Shown here one piece after another: positions 13,181-24,069 of a stretch of DNA of 64,000 nucleotides. Positions within the stretch are counted from its first letter, which is position 1; each line of letters begins with the position of its first letter. A program made the position numbers and the translations under genes. Source of the DNA: Takakia lepidozioides (taxonomy: Eukaryota; Plantae; Bryophyta); contig CM060734.1 of NCBI GenBank assembly GCA_030704615.1, forward strand, positions 32,798,001 to 32,862,000. The letters are read 5' to 3'. Below the pieces are notes generated by a model that saw only the letters and a list, made by a program, of their open reading frames with translations, ran no database searches and had not been told where the DNA came from.

Positions 13181-14316
13181 GGTCCACGTAGGAAAGGCGG
13201 CGGAGGCAGTGACCAATATTCGGACTGTGGCTTCCTTCACTGCTGAGGACCGGTTTCTTGATGCCCTGAACAAAACTCTGGACGAGCCTCTCAAGGGCAG
13301 CTTGAAGCAAGGCTTTATACAAGGGGCTCTGTATGGTTTTGCCAATCTTCCATCCAGGAGACCTTGCACTATCATTGAAACATTATTGCACTGCTCAGGT
13401 GGCCAGCACCTTAGTGAATCAATTCTTTGGGTGATGAATGTCAGTTGACACTACTTGATCTGAACAATCTTTAAAGTTACCATTATATACTGATTGTTGC
13501 GTATGTACAGATATTATAATCCATGGAGCTTAAACATTACTAATGGGTGGTTCCATTTGTCTGTCTCTTGTCACTGTAACAGGTCTGCAATGGTGTGGCT
13601 GTCATCGCAATTGCTATCTTGATCAAGCACCGAATCGTCACGTTCGTGAATTCTATGCGTGCGTTCCAAGTTCTGACAACCACAACCTTTTTTCTTACTG
13701 AGGTTCTGGCCCTTGTACCTGCAATTTCTCAATGTGCTCACGCCCTGAGCTCCATATTCTCCATGATTGATTACCAAACTCCGACGGCAGTGATTCAAAG
13801 AAACCCACAGAAATGGGACATATAGAGTTCAAAGGAGTGAGGTGAGGGCAGCCTATACTGGACTCCAGACCTGTAGGCAGATCTGGACAAAGCCTCTGGA
13901 CATTTGCTTGCACCGATATGTCAAATGATTTGACCTTGGAGTGAAAAAACACTAGCTAGCTTAAGTACAATTTGCATACACTGATGGGAAACCTTGGGGC
14001 GCAATTGTCAGGGGGACAGAAGCAGCGAATCGCCATAGCAAGAGCGGTACTGAAGAACCCTTCCATCTTGCTCCTGGACGAGGCCACATCTGCTCTGGAT
14101 GTGCAGTCGGAGCACGTTGTGCAGGAGGCTCTTGACAGGCTCATGACCGGTAACCGCACCACCCTCCTGATCGCCACAGTTCAAAACACCGATGTTATTA
14201 CAGTGATGCAGCAAGGACATATTGTGGAACATGGCAACCATGCCACCCTGCCTGCCAGCCACGGCACCTATGCCAAGCAACGCGGTCATGCAACTCATGA
14301 CACTCCATCAACCTGA
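13181..14316 (+). pseudogene. ABCB (P-glycoprotein/MDR) transporter C-terminal-half fragment
   Basis: [44 protein letters not shown] and IVEHGNH motifs. The Walker A segment is missing, the frame breaks near 13825, and no N-terminal half is present. Confidence 0.85.
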
Positions 14317-14377
14317 GCTTCAAAAGGCAGTTTGCATATTGGGTGTTCCCGATTGAGCTATAATTCATCTTTGAGCA

Positions 14378-14462
14378 TAGAGAGAGAAGACTTCGGCCGA
14401 AGCCTGCATAACTAAGAGCCACTTCACCTTGCGGCTACTGCCCCTTGTCGGGGGTGGGCCTT
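14378..14462 (-). mobile_element. Short (~85 bp) retroposed insertion, family B, copy 1, with 15-bp TSD
   Basis: ATTCATCTTTGAGCA is duplicated at 14363-14377 and 14463-14477. The insert is similar to 62870-62952. Strand is inferred from the purine/pyrimidine tail. Confidence 0.65.
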
Positions 14463-14599
14463 ATTCATCTTTGAGCAATTATATGGGTGAGCACTGCAGT
14501 TTCCTCCGTTCAGATCCTGGAGCAAATGCTGTCAAAAGTAGGACTGGCATCACCATCTGGACAACCCATTAGAAATACTTAATGATTGCTCGTGAACGT

Positions 14600-14826
14600 T
14601 TGTCAACCGGTCTGTTAACGGACACATTGTCGAAACAGATGGCTTTTGCTTGGTGGTCGTTAATGCGTTTATATCATCCATATTTGGTGAATTCATCCAT
14701 AATCTATTTTTTATCTGGAGAAGTTTAGCGCTTTCATCCATGAAAACAGGGAATTTGTGACAGAATATGCCATTCTATTTTTTTGGGGAAATCTGGCGAG
14801 AATTCGCCAATAAAAGACACGCTGGC
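14600..14826. mobile_element. Probable hAT-type MITE/terminal relic
   Basis: TCATCCAT reiterations and a terminal ...GGCGAGAATTCGCCAATAAAAGACACGCTG (reverse complement begins CAGCGTGT, hAT-like). Confidence 0.3.
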
Positions 14827-15734
14827 AGCACCGAGCTGTGTCGCCTGGCTCAGACTACGCTGAATAACTTACGCTAGGGCAGAGGAGGCGTGAGTCACCA
14901 AACGCGTTCTGGCCTCAGCTAGTGGCTCTCATCTACTCTTCCTTCCGGGGCTTTGACGCACCTGATTACTACTTGCCGCATGACCTTCCTGCGATACCAA
15001 TTCGTAGATAGAGAACTTCATCGCTTTTGACAACGAGCAATTGGAACTTTCCTCTGAAGACTTGGAATGGTATCACCGGTTCAAGATGGCATTTGTGTAT
15101 GTCACTTTTGGCCATTCGTGGCATATCTCTTTGTAAAATGCAAATTACAATTGTCAATGCCAATGGAGCTAGGCAGAAGTCACATATCTGACTACGAGAC
15201 TCCTCGATCTACGGATTTGTGGTCAAACACACTTGATGGGATGCATTGAGATGGTTGATGCGACTAAGAGTCATGTCCAACACTATACTAGGTCTAAGCA
15301 TTCCAATGAAAAATTGTAGGATTGCACTTGTCGAATGTTGCTTGCCCAAGCAATATATAGGTGTGCAATTTTGAATGGATGGATTTGGAAAAGATGTTTG
15401 GATGAATGAATAAATGGATGAGAGATTAAGTGTGTGACTGCAAATGACGAAGTGTCTACATATGATTGGTTGACTGGTTGAAATATTGTGGTACGTTGGG
15501 TGGAAGTACATCTAACGGTTGCATATGTTGCAGATTACTAGAGCGTTTGGGGTGGGTGGAATAGAGGAATGATTTGATTGAATGGTCATATTTAATGGTT
15601 CATTGGCTGATTAAGTTGGCTTCAACATTCAGTGAAAACAAAAATAATTTGGACTCAGGCTTGGCTAGGATAGAGTCCCTAAATACCAAGTTTTATATAG
15701 GTAATTATAAAATGTTTAGGGAAGATTTCATTTT

Positions 15735-15932
15735 CATTTATTTATTTTTTGAATAATGAAACAGGTCGACAAGCCCAAATTACTTAAAGATAACCCTCTT
15801 TCATTTATGGGCCATGAAAGATTTATGGGCTAAGGAAGCATTAAGGACATTGAACACCAGACCCGAAGGCCAAAAATCCAAACCACACACAATAACGCAG
15901 CAGGATTTGAACCCCTAACCACCAGAGTGGTA
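15735..15932 (-). mobile_element. 5'-truncated tRNA-derived SINE (a different family from A)
   Basis: Minus-strand B-box GGTTCAAATCC (~15903-15913) and an A-rich tail CAAAAAAATAAATAAA (~15735-15751). Confidence 0.5.
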
Positions 15933-16280
15933 AACTAAATAATTTGAAAAATATTAGGGCGGGGCTAGACGTGAAGGCCAGCCTCCTCTTCCTTCTCCAA
16001 CAAACTGCCCGGACTTGTGACCACCATTTTGGAGTATGTAGTCATCAATTTGAAAGCTTCGCATATGGCTCGTCATAGACCTTCACGCTTCTTGGCCTAT
16101 TTACAGATGTATGTATTCTCAGTTGTGGTGGTACCGTGTCTAATATGTCCAGTGCATGTGTTCTTGTGCATAGGTGCGTGGCCATGAATGAGAAACCACA
16201 ATCCAGAGGCCAGGCATTTGTGAGCAGACTAGACCTAGTACAGCGGCGTACAGAACTGGCTCAAATTTCTTAGTGTATGT

Positions 16281-16524
16281 GGAGGGTACCTTACTGGGCG
16301 TAAGGTGACATCCTCTCGACCTTCCGCTTAAAGTTCCACCTCTCGAGGCACCTTATGCCCCGTAAGGTTCCTCCTGAATCATGGCCGCAGATGAAAATTA
16401 ATCCAAACCGTTTGCTCGTAAAGAAATTTCAGCCTATTTCTTTAGGCCCTTGGACGGGGCCTTCCTGAAACTTGGGGCCGCAGTCGTGGCGGGCCCTGTA
16501 TTTCAGGAAGGCGTCCTGGGGCCT
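16281..16524. repeat. Two adjacent long inverted repeats (hairpins 16281-16374 and 16444-16524)
   Basis: Arm pairs GGAGGGTACCTTACTGGGCGTAAGGTG / CACCTTATGCCCCGTAAGGTTCCTCC and AGGCCCTTGGACGGGGCCTTCCTGAAA / TTTCAGGAAGGCGTCCTGGGGCCT. Confidence 0.85.
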
Positions 16525-17093
16525 TGCCCTATATGTTATGTCCCTCTAGAAAATCCTTAAAATGGACTAGAGATTTGCCTGTGCCATCGTCAAGAAAAAG
16601 AGAGAGTGGACTCACCAAAAAACTGTGTGATGCCTGAGCAAGAATTTGTGATTGCAATCCTAATAGATGTTGTTGGCGACGCACATTCCCTAATGTCACT
16701 TCATGTATTTCCATGTGGATACATGCTAGTGTACAGCAGGTGAGTTGCGTCCACGAATAGGAGATGATTGTGTTACTGAAGGTAAGCGCACGGCAAGGTG
16801 GGCCTACAATCAGTCTATCGAGAAATCTTTGGTTCCAAGTACCACAATACTTAGCGATACTTAGCGATGAGCCCCTCCTCCAAGTGCGGATACTGACTTA
16901 GTTCTGATGAGCCAATAGTCTCCGGCAATCTGCGAGAAGCTTATGTACCTTGGAGGGGGATCATTCCTTTGTCTTGAGTGGCTCTATGGCAACAGCAACT
17001 ATACTGTCCTGTATTAAGGCTTTTGAACTCTTTCGTGGCTCTACAGCGCATGACCGACTGGGATCCTTGAAACACATTCAAAAAATCAAAAAA

Positions 17094-18744
17094 TCAAAAA
17101 ATCGGCAGAGCCATGAGCATATCCCATGCTAACTTCACGTTCTTGGTTATCACTTCTGCTGCAGGTACTCGGGTGGCGATTATGCTTAGAGACCTTGCCA
17201 TCGCTATAGTTGCCATCTGTAGAATTCAACCCACCAGTTCCACTTCAGCCAGAAGATCCAGAGAATCTATTGCTACGCCACTTCTCCCCATCCTCTTATC
17301 AAGCAAACATATGTTCAATCGTACCACTCCTAAAACCCAGACAAGTACCTTGCCTACCAGCAAAGGCCCAGGCAGGAAAGGTTTCTCCTGCTTAATCCGA
17401 GATGAAGAACAAAAGGAGGAACCCTAAGTGCCCAATTGGCGATTATGACCAGCATCCACATCATTCACGCATATTAAGTAGTACCTTCTAAACAGCAGGA
17501 AGCAAAGGGGGCGAAATTCGGAAGAGAATACTTACCACTTTCCATTGCCGCTCAAAAAAGTTGTGTAGCTCTTCCCAGAGCTTTTCCTTCAAGGTGGCCA
17601 CCTCTTCCAGGTGGACGGGATCAACTTGCAGCATGCCCAAAATGGGCTTACGCAGGTTGTAGGCCAGCCAAGCAACGGTAAGGGGGTCCATTGCGTTGGT
17701 TGCTTGCATCAGTTCTCTATATTGGGGCGGGCTGGTGGCTAAGGCAGCCATCACAGCCTCGCCTATGCGGACGAGCCCAAAGAAGGAGAAGGCACACACA
17801 AGATATTGAATGTCAGTTGCAATTCGCACCAGCGCGGCGCGCTGCATTGTCAGTTCTGTTGCTGTCCACTGTGCCACCGGCGACACTCCCTGCTTGGTTT
17901 CATACATGGCTGCCCCGAAGGCTGGCACATGTGCCTTGTCTGTCTTCTTTCCTATATTCAAGAACTGTTGTTTGACGCTACTGAGTGAGAATTCCTTCCC
18001 GCTAACTCCTAATTTCCGAATAAGCTCCTTGATTGACCTCAATGAATATTTACGTGCGCCTGATAAGTCTTGCATCTGCGCATCATCTCCTGTCAGTGAC
18101 ATCTCTGACACCAGGCCCACTGTTCGAGGGTCTGCCATCAGCACTTCTGGTATCAATGTCTCGTCCTCTGCTGCCAAGCCCTCCTCTGCTATGGACGTGG
18201 CCTCTTCTTCATCCGAATCTCTGTCGACCAGCGAGTTTTCATTTAAAGAAGCAGCAAAATTTGCTCTAACATCAGGAGATGCCGAAGGATTCGGCCTCCT
18301 CGCTAGGCGATTTTCACCTAATGATGTACCTCTTGAATAAAATCGCATATGCTGGGACGTCCCTCCGTTACACTTTCTGGCAGTCTCAGTGGAACAAGCC
18401 CGCCCGCATGTGACAGATTCAACCCAGCCTGAACCTTGATCTACCCAATTCCTCGCTGCACTCCTTCCCAAGTCTAGCCTTTCGCACACACCCACCAGCC
18501 TACAACTAATGATACTTGAATTCTTACGAGCAGAAATTTGTGACAAGGAGATAGTGGAGCTGGAGCTAACTCTGGAGATCCCCTGTGGAACAAAGCCAAC
18601 GCCGCATAGCATCCCTCCTCCCGCTTTGTATGCCGACTCCATACTCCCACTGGCCGTATCTTTCTCGTCGCCCCCTTCGTCCCAGGCTTTTCGCCTGGAA
18701 CTGTGTTTGCTCTCTCTCTCACTCACTCTATTACAAATCCGCAC
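17094..18744 (-). CDS. Unknown protein, probably plastid-targeted and membrane-associated; 2 exons (start 18744 or ~18642 to ~17536; 17216-17094)
   Basis: Open frame of about 400 codons with a Ser/Arg-rich N-terminus, an acidic linker and hydrophobic C-terminal helices. A GTAAGT donor after ERQWKV and a TTCTACAG acceptor give an in-frame last exon ending ALPIF*. Confidence 0.65.
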
Positions 18745-19377
18745 ATCTCGTGCAGAATTTTTTCCTAGGTCGGCTGCAATTTCTTCTCTGCTTTACATAT
18801 TCAACTTCCGCAATATCCAGTCACAATACAATGCGATTCAATCCATCTTCGAAATCCCATCACGATCTCGCCAAGCTGGTCCACAAACCCACCACCTGCT
18901 AACACGATTGATCTTGGAAGAATCTTAGCAAGAAAAGCGCAAGCCTTCCCCCAACCATGTAACACACAGCACTCGGATCTTGCGAGCTTGACAACAGTGT
19001 ATCGTAAAGAATGAGCGACCATGTCTCTTGTTTCTAAGTCCACATGCTGGACAGCGCACTACCTAGTTGGCCTGATCGCTCCCACCCCGTCTCACCACTT
19101 GGCACCGATCTCTCCTGCCACGTGGTGGTCAATCTAAACTACCATAAACCAGTGCATGGGCACGTGGCTCACATAGCGATGCGCTCACAATATATGGATG
19201 ATGGCATGCCACATTCATCCACAATTACCATTCATTAATCACCCATACGAAAGTCTCTGCTGTGATGAGCCTCCTCGCTGCTTTATTCCGCTTGGATGAA
19301 TGCAGAAGGTCCAAGGGCTCCAAAGCAACCACCAGTACTATGTCTCCTGCAATATATTTCCGAGTTCCTTAGAACCT

Positions 19378-20010
19378 GGGATGCAAGCCTCTGAAGAAAC
19401 ATGTTGTCACTCTCAGGGGCTCGGAGGACTTCGAGAGAGTGTGCTTGGATTCAGGCGAGAGACTGATGAGTTAACATTTTTCCACACATATCCACACACA
19501 GGCATATGGTGGTTGACAAGAGCTTAATGAGGGATGCAAGACTCTGGAGAAGAGAGTGTGCTTGGATTCATGCGAGAGACTGATGAGTTAACATTTTTTT
19601 CACAAATGTCCACACGCAGGCATCTGGTAGACGAGAGCTTAACGAGGGATGCAAGACTCGGGAGGAACATGTTGCCACAGCTGTCTCATGGGCTCAGTAG
19701 CACCCCTGGAGTCCTGAATTTAGAGAATTGGAAAAGTGGGACAGGGCCTTAGAGGACTTTCGAGAGAGTGTGCTTGGATTCACGCGAGAGACTGATGAGG
19801 AAGCTAAGTACACATATTGCCACAAATGTCCACACACAAGCATCTGGTGGATAAGAGCTTAACTAGGGATGCAAGAATCTGGAGAAACATGTTGCCACAG
19901 ATAGGCTCAGCAGCACTCATGGAGTAATAATTTGGAGAACTCGGAAAAGTGGGACATGGTCCTGAGGACTTCAAGAGAGTGTGCTTGGAATTACGCAAGA
20001 GCTGATGAGT
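19378..20010. repeat. Degenerate tandem repeat, about 3.5 units of ~120-215 bp
   Basis: The blocks GAGAGTGTGCTTGGATTCA..CGAGAGACTGATGAG (x4) and AGAGCTTAA..AGGGATGCAAG (x3-4) recur, with unit-specific deletions. Confidence 0.85.
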
Positions 20011-22599
20011 AAAATGAGTAAACATAGCTTCAAGCTCCTTTTATCCACAATACCTACAGATGGTGCCTTACATCCCAAAATTGGTATTAAGATCCCCAAA
20101 CGGCGTGCTCAAATTCCACGCACACATCATAATGGAAACGCTCATGCCACCACTTCGCATCAAAGCAACAATCGAGAGACATATCGTGGGTCCGCTCCAC
20201 ACCTTCAGGAGGTAGCCAGGAGAAGCTTACATTCTAAGTGATTTAGAACACAGTGATGGGGCAAGTGATCCAAAAACCAGCTGCCCAGACACTCCACGTC
20301 TTTCCCACGCAGTGACAGGCAACATTAGCTTCAAAAGACAGAAGCAAAGAGAATGGCGATTGCTCGTACTATTTCGTTCTCTTTGGTGTGAAATTGGCAA
20401 TGAGCTCGCTCTGAAAAGTATAATGATACATTGGCAGTTGGCCACCATACTTGAGGTTGAGCATACTTGATAGCTGGTCATGTAGCCTGTAAAATTGCTC
20501 ATGATATATAGATCAAGGGAGACAAATACTTTGATGGCCAAATCACAATGCGTACGTTAGGCGGTAGTGGTGATTCCATTGATATGCGACCCAGCAGAGC
20601 TCCCCTCAGTATGTGGACGAGATGAAATGTCCCCAATCTGCGGATCCTTGATATGCTCTGAATTGATGTACTTGATGCGGTTCTCGATTTCTTCAAGCTG
20701 TTGTTGCATTACTTCCAGCACACTTTGAACTTGGGTTCTTGCCTCTCTCTGTGTATGTTTCAGTCTTTTAGTGTAAGCTTTCTTGAGATTATATTGGACG
20801 AGTGTATATTAGACAACAAAACAACTGCAAGCGCAAACTGCTGGCAAAAGACGGTTTGCCACATGAAGAGAGAGGCTAAGAAATTGATAATCACGGCTTG
20901 CTCTTCAGCAGACAGCCGCGGGAGTGCTAGGGAAGTCATACCTCAGTTCGGTCGGCAAATCTGCGAGCCAAATACAAGGCTTTCTTCCTGGGACTAAGGG
21001 ACGGGTGTAAGCTGAGTCTATCCTGGTGCACTCGCATGACTCCAGTTCTTGTTGGCCTCCTGTAACTTGGTGGGTCAAGATCAGCCTGCCATAACGAAAT
21101 TCTTCAGGCAATTTGACTTTGTTTCACCTTCAATACATGTCCAGCAGTTCATTTCAATTCTAATGTAAGACGGATCAACTGGTGACTTTGCTCTGGTTTG
21201 GAACAGACAGGGTCACAGAAACTGCAGGAACTTCAAAGACCTGACGGGATACAAATGGATGGTGGAAATGAATTACATTGTATTTCAATTCAAAACTACA
21301 CAGGGGCCTGATACTTGTCACAAACATCTGAAAAGTTGCTTGATGGGATTGTCAAACTCCAGCCTTCTGAAGTAAGTAAATCCATCACAGATGTGACAGC
21401 TTCCAAGAAGCCAACACAATCTAAGAACTTCCGTTCAAGCAGATCTCTATATATTTTTTGGTTCTTCCGAGTCAAAGATGTTATTGATTAACCAATGTCG
21501 CAGGAATTTCAAAAGTGGGCTACCCATGTGCATTAGAGCTGGCCTCCCCTATGCGAGTTCCTCTCGCCAGGCCAAAAGATGACCTGATGCTCCTGGATAC
21601 ATGGATTGACTTTTGCAACTAGTGATTGAGACAAGTTACAAACCTCTCTGAACGGAATCATCTTCAAAGCAAGTTTGAGTGAGGTGACAGCAGCATTGGC
21701 CTCTGAAAGGTAGGGCTCGAGGGGACTCGGAATGGATGAAATTCTTTGGAGCTCCTGCACAATGTGGAGAGGGAGAGGGGAGACATGCACCCATCAAACT
21801 GTGCTTGGCACCTTGTGTGCTGTAATCTAATATGTTTCATTACTGGGAACATTTCCCACTGTACAACGTGAAAATGTACAGAAAACTTTACTCAAAAGGT
21901 ACACATGCCCTTGTTTGGTGGATGCCTGATTCACTGAGCAGCTAATAATAATTAGTCTACAAGTGTTGGTCAAAACATGATCCCTTTTTCTTTTGTTAGA
22001 TAGGACAACTAGTTCAGCTGTGCAAGCTACTGTACTCGATAATTGAAATTCAATGGCTTCAAACCCAATTGGAAACTCTGAGTATCAATACAGTACTACT
22101 GATAAATACACTGCAAAGTGTGACATACCTCTTCCATCAGTGGGGAAGGAGTATTAGACACAGACAAATCAGGTGAAAGAATTGTGGTTGGGTCTTCTGC
22201 CTTGTCGGTGATGGCCGCATCTGCCTCCATTCCCTCTGAAAACTGTGAGAGTTTTAATGAGTCAGCTTAGTCGATCCTAAGAGATGGGGCAATCCTGTGT
22301 CAATGGCGCAATGTGCGCCGTGTGTTAGAACTAGACATGAAGAAGAAATAGGTCTGCAGCTGAAAACACCAAACAATTGAATCGTGTTTCATTGGCCAAA
22401 AGTAAAGATCACTCAAAGAAAATTTCGGTTCAAGTTCACATTAAGGTCGACAGGTCTTTGAGCAATCTCCACTGGATCCACTTGCACAGTGGATCATAGC
22501 TTTGAACAATAATTTAAACATCAGTCCTGACGAGTTCCTACCTTCTTACAAATTTCCTGGACCTAAGCTTACCAGATCTGGGACTAGTAGGGGTTCAAG

Positions 22600-23682
22600 T
22601 CATACAAGCAATTGGCTATCAAGCGTAAGCCCTGCTGCTTTCCACTGAACAAAGTTTTGCGGGTAGCAGCTATGCCTCTTTTTTCTCTTCCCAAGCTTGC
22701 TGGACAGTGACCTAGGTGACTTTCCCAGAGCTGTTCCAACGGGCTTTCTCATCTTTTCAGGCCCATATGCTGCGTCGTTAAGATCCTGTCGGATGACATT
22801 TCTTGTGGGCTTTGGCGATGCCAATTTCGGCCATCCTTTCCTAGAGAACGGAGCAGCCTCTTCCTCAACTGTAAGCTGTTCCTCGTCTTCCACCTCTTTT
22901 ATGTCAAATAAGAGTCCATCAACGGGGTTTAGGCGGTTGAACATCATATTCTCTGGATCCCTCCAAGACAGCAGCGCAGCAGATGCCCGTCTTCCTGTCT
23001 TTGAACCCGAGATGGCACCCTGAGGCTGTCGATTAGTTCCGAGCGTGGACCTTGGTGTTCTAGCAGGTGTCAGGACCGGTACACCTTTGGCGTGCTCAAT
23101 TTCATCTCCCTTATAATCCGCCTCTACCTGGTCAATGAGAGTGCTTAACCAGACTTGCATTTCTCCTTGAAGCTGACTTGTGTTACTGTACACCAGAGTG
23201 CTTTTCAGATCGTGAGTTTCTAAGAGAGTATCACTTAAAATGAGTGTATCAGGCCCCTTGCCTCGCTCTCCTCCATCTTTGTCAGATTCTTGCTGTATCA
23301 TCATGGATTGGATTAAGTTGTCCGTGTCTAAGTTTCCAGATTCTGTACGTAAAGATGAGTAGAGTCTTCCTCCGCGGCGCCCTGGCCTTTTTTTGTCGAA
23401 GGACTTTCGGTCCTTCGATGGAATAGACTTCCTCGAAGCTCTCCAACCCGTAGTAGACTTTTCGGCAAATGCTGCATCAGCAGGCGACTTGCTTTTTCCG
23501 GACTCCAATGGCCTATCCCCTGCTGCTCTTGACAATTGAGTGTCATCTGAGGCAAAGTTCTCGCCCTTGTCTCCATCAAGTTCCAGGACAGGTTCAGCAA
23601 GCGAGATGGCAGCTTCCACAGTAGATGGTTTGGCCCCATCTCTCATGGAGTTCCTATCCGGGCGTGATGCACTAACAGTCAT
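22600..23682 (-). CDS. Large exon of an unknown, low-complexity hydrophilic protein; further candidate exons at ~22236-22128, ~21754-21643 and a coiled-coil-like segment ~20780-20560
   Basis: 360-aa ORF with a disordered composition. GT-AG-bounded coding-like segments lie downstream, but stops interrupt some joins, so the model is incomplete or partly pseudogenised. Confidence 0.45.
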   Translation of the reverse strand: MTVSASRPDRNSMRDGAKPSTVEAAISLAEPVLELDGDKGENFASDDTQLSRAAGDRPLESGKSKSPADAAFAEKSTTGWRASRKSIPSKDRKSFDKKRPGRRGGRLYSSLRTESGNLDTDNLIQSMMIQQESDKDGGERGKGPDTLILSDTLLETHDLKSTLVYSNTSQLQGEMQVWLSTLIDQVEADYKGDEIEHAKGVPVLTPARTPRSTLGTNRQPQGAISGSKTGRRASAALLSWRDPENMMFNRLNPVDGLLFDIKEVEDEEQLTVEEEAAPFSRKGWPKLASPKPTRNVIRQDLNDAAYGPEKMRKPVGTALGKSPRSLSSKLGKRKKRHSCYPQNFVQWKAAGLTLDSQLLV

Positions 23683-23994
23683 TGCAATATCATCATCTAT
23701 AGCAGCAACACTTGCTGACCAGTTTTGTCGTTTGACGTGTTGCGGACGTTGTCATATATTGGTCAACATGGCTTATGACCCAAATCTACTAATTCGACTT
23801 ATCGCTGTAGCAATCTGGTATCCCCTCAAGACACATCAGCCTTCAGAAATGGTTCCGTAATCATGTGAATGCTTACCTTAAATTCTCTACAATTATATTA
23901 TTTAGAGTCGACCATCTGGATTCCAATAATTACCAGTAAGAATAATATTTCATGATTAGTCCTTAAAGAGAACGAAAACCGTAGTCATTTGTGA

Positions 23995-24069
23995 GTCGGA
24001 CAAGGATCAAACTGATATTCTAAGACCGTAAGGCACAAGTGACCCACTACCACTGGGCTACCACTACAT
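23995..24069 (-). mobile_element. Degenerate tRNA-like SINE head
   Basis: Minus strand GGTAGCCCAGTGGTAG (A-box) ... AGTTTGATCC (decayed B-box). No intact cloverleaf. Confidence 0.35.

Noticed and set aside
19395-19470. Hammerhead ribozyme from GAAAC...GTC and CTGATGAG
   Set aside because: Stem II cannot be closed and the first stem I pair mismatches, so it is not called as a feature.
19378-20010. CRISPR-like array
   Set aside because: Eukaryotic context, long variable units, homologous inter-repeat sequence rather than unique spacers, and no cas genes.
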